Below, piece by piece: positions 56,679-64,000 of a stretch of 64,000 nucleotides of DNA. A program made the translations under genes and the position numbers. The DNA lies in assembly GCA_965223845.1 (NCBI GenBank), contig CBDCXR010000004.1, forward strand, positions 2,560,001 to 2,624,000, given 5' to 3'. This stretch comes from Planctomycetota bacterium. GTDB lineage: Bacteria; Planctomycetota; UBA8108; SXIK01. How positions within the stretch are numbered: position 1 is the first letter of the stretch; every line of letters starts with the position of its first letter. Under the pieces are notes generated by a model. That model had not been told where the DNA came from. It saw only the letters and a program-made list of their open reading frames with translations, and ran no database searches.

Positions 56679-58385
56679 ATGGGCTTTATGGAATCGACGC
56701 CCAGCGCCCGCACCACCCGTGAACCACGTGTGACTCGCTTCGCGGGATCGTTTATCGGAATACGGTCGTTTCCGACGGGATTCGCGGCGATCGGAGGTGC
56801 GCTGTCGCTCCTTCTTGCGATCTTCGGGCCGTCGTTTTCGAGCGCGCAGGAGCAAGACCCGTTCGAGCCGGAACGCGCCGCCGAGAACGCCGCGGCGATC
56901 CTGTTCGTGCCTCTCGACGGCGAGATCACCCGCGACGGCACCGTCGAGCTCATGCGCCGAATCGGGTGGTGGCTGGAGCGTGAGCCCGCGATCCGCTACG
57001 TCGTCCTCGAGATCGACTCGCCCGGCGGCGACGTCGAGGCGGCGAAGGATCTCGCCGACTTTCTCCAGTCCGGGATCGGAGAGGCACGCGCGATCACACT
57101 CGTCCGCCCGCGAGGGCTCGCGCTCTCGGCGGCCGCGCTCGTCGCGATGTCGACGCGAGACATCCTCATGGGCGTGGGGAGCGTCATCGGCGCGCGAGAG
57201 GCGCGGAAGGATGCGCCCGCGATCGAGGCGCCCGATTTTTCCGCACTGAGCGAGGTCGCGCGCGACGATCTCCGTCAGTACCTGCGGAACTTCGCGCGCG
57301 ACCGCGGCAGCCCGACCGCGCTCGCCGACGCGATCGTCGAGCCGGTGCGCGCGGACATCCTCCGGGGAACGCCGATTCGGTGGCGCGACGGCCAGGAGGT
57401 CGAAGACGAGTACGTCTTCGGCACGAAGGAGGACGTCGAGAGCCTGAAGCGCGACCAAAAGATCCGCATCGAGAACATCGAAGTCGTTCTCCGCACGGGA
57501 GAGCGTCTACTCCTCAGTGCGGACGACGCACTCGAGTACCGATTCGCGTCGCACATCGCGAATGATCGCGGTGAGCTGAAGGAGATGCTGCAGCTCTCCG
57601 TCCCCCCGCAGCTCACGTTCGATTTGAGCGCGGGGGCGGAGCGTCGCGATGGCTCCGCCCAGCCGTTCATCGATTTTCTCAACCATCCGTTCACGCGCGG
57701 AGTGCTCATTCTCGGCGGCTGCCTCGGCCTCCTGCTCGAGCTCAAGCTCCTCGGAACGATGATTCCCGGCGCGATCGGGCTCGTCTGTTTTCTCGTCTTC
57801 TTCATCGCCGCGTCGCAGCCGATCACGGGCCACGTGCACGGCACGGCGAGTCTCGGGGAAATCATGCTCGGGCTCATCGGCCTCGGCCTCGTCGCCGTCG
57901 AGTTGATCTTCCCCGGATTCGCGATCTTTGCGATCTCGGGGATCGCCCTCTGCGGCGTGAGCGTGGTGATGGCGATGGTGCCGGGTGAAGCGACGGACGT
58001 CAGTACGGAGGACGCGATTCAGAGCGCGATCTCCGTTTTCCTCTTTTCGCTCGCGGCTGGACTCGCAGTGTTCTTTCTCCTCCTTCGCTATCTTCCGAAG
58101 CTCAAGATCGGGCGAAGGCGTCCGGGGATTCTCTCGGAGGCAACAATCGTCGGAGTTCCGACTGCGGACAGCGCCGAGGAAGCTCGCAGCCGCGCCGACG
58201 CTCTCGTCGGGCGAGTCGGGCGTGCCGTAACGACGCTTCGACCGTCGGGCAAGATAGAGCTCGACGGCGGAGAGCTCGTCGATGTCGTCACCGAGGGACG
58301 CTTTGTCGAATCGGGTTCCCGCGTCCGCATCGTCGAGGTGACCGGCGCGCGTGTCGTCGTCACCGAAGAAGAGACATCAGACTGA
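56679..58385 (+). CDS. Long-form NfeD (ClpP-like domain, TM region, OB fold)
   Basis: IDSPGG, ALSAAAL, ELK..G..IPG, ELIFPGF, and C-terminal G.A.TTLRPSGK....DVVTEG. Confidence 0.85.
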   Translation: MGFMESTPSARTTREPRVTRFAGSFIGIRSFPTGFAAIGGALSLLLAIFGPSFSSAQEQDPFEPERAAENAAAILFVPLDGEITRDGTVELMRRIGWWLEREPAIRYVVLEIDSPGGDVEAAKDLADFLQSGIGEARAITLVRPRGLALSAAALVAMSTRDILMGVGSVIGAREARKDAPAIEAPDFSALSEVARDDLRQYLRNFARDRGSPTALADAIVEPVRADILRGTPIRWRDGQEVEDEYVFGTKEDVESLKRDQKIRIENIEVVLRTGERLLLSADDALEYRFASHIANDRGELKEMLQLSVPPQLTFDLSAGAERRDGSAQPFIDFLNHPFTRGVLILGGCLGLLLELKLLGTMIPGAIGLVCFLVFFIAASQPITGHVHGTASLGEIMLGLIGLGLVAVELIFPGFAIFAISGIALCGVSVVMAMVPGEATDVSTEDAIQSAISVFLFSLAAGLAVFFLLLRYLPKLKIGRRRPGILSEATIVGVPTADSAEEARSRADALVGRVGRAVTTLRPSGKIELDGGELVDVVTEGRFVESGSRVRIVEVTGARVVVTEEETSD

Positions 58386-58394
58386 AACGCACCG

Positions 58395-58898
58395 ATGGAA
58401 GTGCTTCTCAATAGTCCTCTGTTTTGCGTGCTCGTCATCGTTTGCGGACTGGCGTGCCTCTTCCTCGAGCTCTTTATCCCCTCGGGAGGAATTCTCGGCA
58501 TCGTCGGCTGCGCCGGCGCGGTGATCGGGATCTACGGGTTCTTTCACCAGGGCCTCATCCTCGTCGGCGTCGGTGCGATCGCCGCCACGGTGGTGTTCGT
58601 CGTCTTCGCCGTGAAGTTTTGGCTCGGGAGAGTGTCCTTCAAAGCGGCCTTGACTCCCGAGACATCGACTGGAGCCGATCTTTCGAAAAGCGAGCACCTC
58701 GGGAAGCGAGGAGTCGCACAGACTCAGCTTCGCCCGGCGGGGACGGCTCTGATCAACGGTCGCAAAGTGGATGTAGTCAGCCGGGGAAGCTTCATCCCGC
58801 AGGGGACTCCGATCGAAGTCATCGACGTCTCCGGGAACCGCGTCGTCGTACGCGCAGCGGAGGATGCGGCTGAAACTGAGGCGGACGTCGCCTCTTGA
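58395..58898 (+). CDS. Short-form NfeD family protein
   Basis: LELFIPSGG, G.A.TQLRPAG.A.ING.KVDVVS.G.FI. Confidence 0.88.
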   Translation: MEVLLNSPLFCVLVIVCGLACLFLELFIPSGGILGIVGCAGAVIGIYGFFHQGLILVGVGAIAATVVFVVFAVKFWLGRVSFKAALTPETSTGADLSKSEHLGKRGVAQTQLRPAGTALINGRKVDVVSRGSFIPQGTPIEVIDVSGNRVVVRAAEDAAETEADVAS

Positions 58899-58976
58899 GC
58901 GAAAACAGACCAACGAGAATTCGAACTCGCCGCGGCCGACGACTGCCGCCGGGGATTCGCCAACAAGGAGTGAAAC

Positions 58977-60056
58977 ATGACTGAGACGTGGGAAACGATG
59001 CTGTCCGGAGTCGGTGTGCTCGGACAGGTCGAGTTCGGCGACATTCTGCAGTGGATCGGTCTCGGCCTGCTCGCGATCTTCATCGTCGTCGCGATCTTCT
59101 TCATTCTCGCGTTCGGGAAGCTGTGGATTCAGGCCTATTCGTCGGGCTGCCCGATCTCGGTCTCGCAGTTCGTCGGGATGTTCTTTCGGAAGGTGAACCC
59201 GCAGGTCATCACCGACGTGCTCGTCATGAGCACGAAAGCGGGCGTCCCGGTTGACCTGGATAAGCTGCAGTCACACGTCCTCGCGCGCGGAAACGTCCGC
59301 CAAGTCGTCCAGGCGCTCGTCGCTGCGTCGCGCGCGAATATCGATCTCTCGTTCGAGCGCGCCGCGGCGATCGACCTCGCCGGGCGCGACGTTCTCGACG
59401 CGGTCCGGACCAGCGTCCACCCGAAGGTGATCGATTGTCCGAGCCCGGGGCGCGGCCGGAACACGATGGACGCCGTCGCAAAGGACGGAATCCAGCTCAA
59501 GTGCCGCGCTCGCGTCACGGTGCGTACGAACCTGAGCACTCTCGTCGGTGGTGCGACCGAGGAAACCGTCATCGCGCGCGTCGGTGAGGGAATCGTCGCC
59601 GCGATCGGTCAGGCGGAGACCCACAAGGATGTCCTCGCCAATCCGCGCAAGATCTCGCAGGAAGTGCTCGACGCGGGCCTCGACGCGCAAACCGCCTACG
59701 AAATCGTGTCGATCGACATCGCCGACGTCGACGTCGGGGACAACATCGGGGCGCGCCTCCTCGTCGACAAGGCGGAAGCGGAGAAGAAGCGAGCGCAGGC
59801 CGAAGCCGAAGCGCGCCGCGCCATGGCCGTCGCGGAAGCCCAGGAGATGGAAGCGCGAACGATCGAGAACCGCGCGCTGGTGATCCTCGCCGAAGCGGAG
59901 GTGCCGAAGGCGATCGCGAAGGCGTTCGAGAGTGGGAATCTCGGCGTCATGGATTACTACAACCTCCGAAATCTGCAGGCCGACACGAAGATGCGCGGGG
60001 AACTCGCGCGCAGTATGGAACCCGAGGACGAGGAAGGTGCGGCGGGCCCGGAATGA
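58977..60056 (+). CDS. floA: Flotillin-like protein FloA (YqfA family)
   Basis: [67 protein letters not shown]. Confidence 0.92.
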   Translation: MTETWETMLSGVGVLGQVEFGDILQWIGLGLLAIFIVVAIFFILAFGKLWIQAYSSGCPISVSQFVGMFFRKVNPQVITDVLVMSTKAGVPVDLDKLQSHVLARGNVRQVVQALVAASRANIDLSFERAAAIDLAGRDVLDAVRTSVHPKVIDCPSPGRGRNTMDAVAKDGIQLKCRARVTVRTNLSTLVGGATEETVIARVGEGIVAAIGQAETHKDVLANPRKISQEVLDAGLDAQTAYEIVSIDIADVDVGDNIGARLLVDKAEAEKKRAQAEAEARRAMAVAEAQEMEARTIENRALVILAEAEVPKAIAKAFESGNLGVMDYYNLRNLQADTKMRGELARSMEPEDEEGAAGPE

Positions 60057-60108
60057 TGGTTTCCACGACGAGCGTGCCGATCGTCCCAGCGTCTCCTGAG
60101 AGCCACCT

Positions 60109-60804
60109 ATGACGTTCCTCGCCCAAGCTTTCGACGATCCGCGGAATTGGATTCAGATCGTCATTTTCGCGATCATCATCCTCGGTTGGATCGTCCGAGC
60201 CATCGTTTCCGCCGCGCGCGGGCGCGGTGGAGCGCGAGGCGCGGAGGGCGGCCCGCGGAAGGGTCTTCGCGACTTTCTCGAAGAGGTTCGCAAGGCCGCC
60301 GAGGAAGAGTCTCAGCGAAAGATCGCGCCCAAGGAGCCGGCGCCCGAGGAAGCTCCCCGGCCCGTCGCGACGAGTCCCGCCGACGAGCGACTCGCCGAGC
60401 GTCGGCGGGCATCGGAAGCCCGACGGCGGGCTCTAGCCGAGCGCCGCGCGCGCGTCGAGGCCGAACGCGCGGAGCGGGAGGCGGCCGAACGCGAGGCGGC
60501 GATGGCGGAGCAGCGTGACCCCGACGGCGAGTGGTCGACCGTCGCCGACCGAAAGCTCGAGTCCTCCGTCGCGGGTCGATCCCTCCACTCGACTCTCGAG
60601 CAGCGAGAGCTAGCGAGCCAGCTCGAGCAGCGAACGATCGTTCGCGCGATCGGGCATTTCCGAAGCGCCTCGAAAAAGGCGTCGGGCCGTCCGCGCCGCG
60701 CGCTCGTCGGCGGCCTCGCCGGATTGACCATGCGCGAGCTGATTCTCGCGCAAACAATTCTCGGCCCCCCGCGTTGCCAGCGCGAAGGCCACCGCGAGAT
60801 GTAA
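60109..60804 (+). CDS. Hypothetical single-TM protein downstream of floA (YqfB-like position)
   Basis: N-terminal TM, charged linker, and C-terminal 'RELILAQTILGPP', resembling the 'EILG.P' motif of genes that follow floA. Confidence 0.7.
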   Translation: MTFLAQAFDDPRNWIQIVIFAIIILGWIVRAIVSAARGRGGARGAEGGPRKGLRDFLEEVRKAAEEESQRKIAPKEPAPEEAPRPVATSPADERLAERRRASEARRRALAERRARVEAERAEREAAEREAAMAEQRDPDGEWSTVADRKLESSVAGRSLHSTLEQRELASQLEQRTIVRAIGHFRSASKKASGRPRRALVGGLAGLTMRELILAQTILGPPRCQREGHREM

Positions 60805-60862
60805 GACGCGCCCGCCGGACGGCGATGCCGCCGCTCTTCGACGCCTGCTAAGACCACGGATC

Positions 60863-60946
60863 TGCCTCGGGTGGGAATCGAACCCACACTCCCGTAAGGG
60901 AACGAGATTTTGAATCTCGCGCGTCTGCCAATTCCGCCACCGAGGC
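60863..60946 (-). tRNA. tRNA-Leu(CAA)
   Basis: Minus strand GCCTCGGTGGCGGAATTGGCAGACGCG-CGAGA-TTCAAAA-TCTCG, long variable arm, GGTTCGATTCC, CCGAGGC-A. CCA is not encoded. Confidence 0.96.
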
Positions 60947-61266
60947 CGAGTGCGCGTCTGAAGGCCGCGCATTCTACCTGAACGCGCGGCCGGCGTGCGG
61001 CGAAACTAGCGTCTCCTCCGCTCGGCTCTCGGCGGCGTGCGCCTGAGCCGAAAGCCCGGACGATGGCTTCGCGTCGAAGCCCCCTCGCGCGAGTCTCGCG
61101 GGCTCCCGCGTGTCCGCTGTCGTCGAAGGGCGCGCCTCGTCGAATCCGTCCGTCGCTCTCCCCGTCAAACCGGAGATTCCGAGGGATTTGACATCGGCGG
61201 GCGCTGAGGTTCAGCCACCGTAAGCTACTATGTTGAAACTGCTTAAAGGATTGGTCGCGGAGTGCC

Positions 61267-61295
61267 TCGACATCGCTCACTTTGCCGTGTAAAGT
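61267..61295 (+). promoter_or_regulatory. Putative promoter overlapped by palindromic operator ACTTTGC-N3-GTAAAGT
   Basis: TCGACA-17 nt-TAAAGT. The near-perfect inverted repeat at 61279-61295 covers the -10 box. Confidence 0.6.
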
Positions 61296-61354
61296 AACGT
61301 CCGTCGCACACGAGCCCCGCGCAGCCTGGGCCACGAAGGCCAGCAGAACGACCG

Positions 61355-62032
61355 ATGCAAATCGACGACGCGATCGATCAAATCTCCGAGATCCACCACC
61401 ACCTCGCGCGGACGGAAGTCTACCGCGGCTACCGCGCGCTTCCGATCGCGGCGACCGGCGTTCTCGCGCTCGCGGGAGGATTTGCTCAGCCGGCGATCTT
61501 GGGCGCGGTCGATCCCGCGGAGTTCGGGGGCGCGTTCGTCCTCTACTGGTCGTCGCTCGCGGTCGCGTGCGTCGCGCTCGCTAGCACGGGCATCATCGCG
61601 CGCTACCGTCGAGACTGCGCGCGCGGCCGGCGGCACGCGCGTCTCGTGATCGCGCAGTTCGTTCCGTCGCTCGCGGCCGGTGCGATCGCGACGGTCGCCG
61701 CCTCGGTCTGGCTGCACGAGCTTCGTGCTGGACTCCCCGGCGTCTGGTCGATCCTGTTTGCGCTCGGCGTTTTTTCGTCTCGCCCGTACCTCCCGCAAGC
61801 GACCGGCTGGGTCGGGCTGTTCTACTTCGCCGCGGGAGTGGCGCTTCTGTGGGCGTCGTCGCAGTTCGGCCCGGCCGGACCGCTGAGCCTCTCGCCGTGG
61901 GCGATGGGCTGGACGTTCGGGTTCGGCCAGCTCGCTGCGGCCGCAGTTCTCTACTGGAAAGTCGAGCGCCCCCAGCCGCAGGCGCGGGACGGATTTCGTG
62001 CCGTGGAGTCCAAAGCGGAGACATCGCGATGA
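61355..62032 (+). CDS. Integral membrane protein (about 6 TM), partner of the wHTH regulator
   Basis: A..QISEI...LAR...YRG N-terminus, LPGVW.ILF.LG, MG.TFG.GQL. Stop overlaps the regulator start (ATGA). Confidence 0.8.
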   Translation: MQIDDAIDQISEIHHHLARTEVYRGYRALPIAATGVLALAGGFAQPAILGAVDPAEFGGAFVLYWSSLAVACVALASTGIIARYRRDCARGRRHARLVIAQFVPSLAAGAIATVAASVWLHELRAGLPGVWSILFALGVFSSRPYLPQATGWVGLFYFAAGVALLWASSQFGPAGPLSLSPWAMGWTFGFGQLAAAAVLYWKVERPQPQARDGFRAVESKAETSR

Positions 62033-62478
62033 CGTTGCGACGGACGAAGTCGAGCGCCGGTCAAGCGGATTCGTGCTCGAGTCCCGGCGAGCGAACGAGC
62101 GAGCGGCGCGCGAGCGACTCGGGTCGGTTCGCCTACGGTCTCGATCGACTCTTTCATGAGCGTGCGCGTCTCAGCATCCTCACGTCCCTCTACACCCACG
62201 CGCAGGGTCTCCTCTTCGGCGAGATCAAGACTCTGTGCTCGCTCACCGACGGCAACTTGAGCCGTCATCTCCAAACGCTCTCCGACGCGAACCTCGTCGA
62301 GCTGTGGAAGAACACCGACGGTCCGCGACCACAGACGCTCTGCCGGTTAAGCGGACAAGGTCGAAAGCGGTTCGGCGAGTACCTCCACACACTCGAGCGT
62401 GTCGTCCGCGATGCCGCAGAGACGACACCGGACGCGGAAACTCGAGAAACGCTGCCGCCCGGCTGGATTCCCGCCTGA
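62029..62478 (+). CDS. Winged-helix transcriptional regulator (HTH_34/MarR-like)
   Basis: LDRLFHERARLSILTSL, LTDGNLSRHL..L, T...LS..GRKRF..YL..LE. Confidence 0.88.
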   Translation: MTLRRTKSSAGQADSCSSPGERTSERRASDSGRFAYGLDRLFHERARLSILTSLYTHAQGLLFGEIKTLCSLTDGNLSRHLQTLSDANLVELWKNTDGPRPQTLCRLSGQGRKRFGEYLHTLERVVRDAAETTPDAETRETLPPGWIPA

Positions 62479-62499
62479 GTCTCTTTTTTTGCCGCGGAG

Positions 62500-62514
62500 C
62501 TTTGCGATGCAAAG
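62500..62514 (+). promoter_or_regulatory. Second copy of the palindromic operator, overlapping the likely ispH start codon
   Basis: CTTTGC-GAT-GCAAAG, a perfect inverted repeat. Confidence 0.55.
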
Positions 62515-63409
62515 GAACGACCACCCGTCCCGCCCGCTCACGATCGTTCGCTCGCGGGTCATGGGGATGTGCTTCGGGGTGCGCGAGGCCCTTCGCATCG
62601 CGGAACGAACCGCTCGCCCCGAAGACGTGACCATCCACGGGGAGCTCGTTCACAACGACGGCGTTCAGGCGGCGCTCGCGAGACGCGGTTTTCGGACGAC
62701 TCCCGAGTCCGGTGAACGCGCGGTGCCGGCGACGAAGCAAGTCCTCGTGACAGCTCACGGAATCAGTGAGCGCGAACGCGCACGCCTCTCACGTGCGGGA
62801 AAAGAGCTCGTCGATACCACCTGCCCGCTCGTACGCGTCGTCCACGCCGCCGCCCAGCGATTCGCCGCGGAGGGATGTTTCGTGGTCGTCATTGGGAAGC
62901 CCGGTCACGTCGAGGTGCGCGGGATCACCGAGGACCTCGCGGAGTTCGCCGTCGTGTCGACTCCGGCCGAGGTGCGTCGCTGGGACGCAGCGAAGATCGG
63001 TATCGTCTGCCAGTCGACGGCTCGTCCGTCCGAGAGCGCTCGCATCGCCGCGGAAATCCGTCGACTCCACCCGGAGAGCGATGTCCGTTTCGCGGACACG
63101 ATTTGCCAGCCGACGCGAGACCGGCAAGCTGCGATCGGAGAGCTACTCGAGCGAGTCGAGGCGGTCGTCGTCGTCGGGGGGCGGAACTCGAACAACACCC
63201 GAGCGCTCGCGCGAGAGGCCGAGCGACGCGGACGCCCTGCGCTCCACGTCACCGGCCCCGACGGAGTCGACGCCGATTGGCTCGCGCCGTTCACACGGGT
63301 GGGATTGACCGCGGGCACCTCAACGCCGGATGCCGTCATAGATTCGGTTCATGCGCGCATGAGATCGCTTCGGCCATGCGAAGAGCCGGGGCTCCCGGCG
63401 AGCGCTTGA
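62507..63409 (+). CDS. ispH: 4-hydroxy-3-methylbut-2-enyl diphosphate reductase
   Basis: GMCFGV, LVHN, TAHG, DTTCPLV, GHVEV, DTICQPT..RQ, VVGG.NSNNT, G.TAGTSTP. All three [4Fe-4S] Cys are present. Confidence 0.95.
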   Translation: MQRNDHPSRPLTIVRSRVMGMCFGVREALRIAERTARPEDVTIHGELVHNDGVQAALARRGFRTTPESGERAVPATKQVLVTAHGISERERARLSRAGKELVDTTCPLVRVVHAAAQRFAAEGCFVVVIGKPGHVEVRGITEDLAEFAVVSTPAEVRRWDAAKIGIVCQSTARPSESARIAAEIRRLHPESDVRFADTICQPTRDRQAAIGELLERVEAVVVVGGRNSNNTRALAREAERRGRPALHVTGPDGVDADWLAPFTRVGLTAGTSTPDAVIDSVHARMRSLRPCEEPGLPASA

Positions 63410-63606
63410 TCGACCGGCGGGGCGGTTGGGAATCGATCGGGAATCCGCGACGCAGCGGGGGTCCGAAAAGCCCGCTTTCCGGCGGAACCCGCCGCATCCG
63501 ATCGCCCGCTCTCGCTCTCCGGCCCGCGCTGCGTCCGTGGCGCGACTCTTCGCGCCGTCCTCGCGCCGAATTGGGGTACAATCGGGCGGTTTACAGAACT
63601 GTAGCC

Positions 63607-64000
63607 ATGCCCTCGTCCCTCTCGCCCCAAGAACCTCGACCGGCTCGCTCGATGTTCCCTCGCGCCCTCGTCGCGACGGCCACCGTCTGCGCGGTCGTTC
63701 TCGTCGATGTACGCGCCGATGATCGCGCTCCCCCGGCGTCGCCGGAGCGTTCACCCTCGGTACGGTTCGCGCACGATGTCCGTCCGATCCTTTCGAACAA
63801 CTGCTTTCAGTGTCATGGGCCGGACGAGAACGATCGGGCGGCGGGTCTTCGCCTCGATGTCGAGGAGGATGCGAAGCGCCGCCTGAAGAGCGGCGTGACG
63901 GCGATCGTGCCGGGAGACCCGGGCGCGAGCGCGATCCTGCGGCGCGTCGCGCATCCTTCGGCGGACGAACGGATGCCGCCGCCGGAGACTCAGAAACGAC
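63607..64000 (+). CDS. Planctomycete cytochrome c domain (PSCyt1) protein, 5' part only
   Basis: Hand translation: signal region, then VRFAHDVRPILSNNCFQCHGPD...GLRLD...IVPGDP..S.IL.RV...MPP. Truncated by the window end. Confidence 0.85.
   Translation, partial: MPSSLSPQEPRPARSMFPRALVATATVCAVVLVDVRADDRAPPASPERSPSVRFAHDVRPILSNNCFQCHGPDENDRAAGLRLDVEEDAKRRLKSGVTAIVPGDPGASAILRRVAHPSADERMPPPETQKR

Noticed and set aside
60863-60946. Functional link between tRNA-Leu(CAA) and the LeuRS paralog
   Set aside because: They are 18 kb apart with unrelated genes between, so proximity is probably coincidental. The missing CCA is unremarkable.

Overview
GC-rich bacterial chromosome segment. It is most likely from an uncultured Planctomycetota lineage: it carries DUF1501/DUF1549-DUF1553 genes, a planctomycete cytochrome-c protein, an ECF sigma factor coupled to a Ser/Thr kinase, and a C-terminal 'FRRGDAN' dockerin-like domain. 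Housekeeping content is aspS-infC-rpmI-rplT-pheS-pheT, an IscS-type desulfurase, dprA, rlmN, ispH, tRNA-Ala(GGC) and tRNA-Leu(CAA). Other genes include an EndoQ/PHP-UvrD fusion, an HTTM/SdpAB-like pair, a sulfatase, glycosidases and an nfeD-nfeD-floA operon. I found no integrase, transposase or CRISPR array. The standout is an intact 958-codon leucyl-tRNA synthetase paralog (40057-42933). Its HIGH motif, KMSKS motif, Leu-AMP pocket residues and editing Asp all appear lost, while both Zn knuckles and the tRNA-binding C-terminus are kept, and it has a long acidic insertion. This makes it a candidate bacterial pseudo-synthetase. Also notable are a repeated palindromic operator linking a wHTH regulator and membrane protein to ispH, a tandem pair of unknown lipoproteins, and an ATT start for infC. 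All assignments come from motif recognition by eye; no database searches were run.
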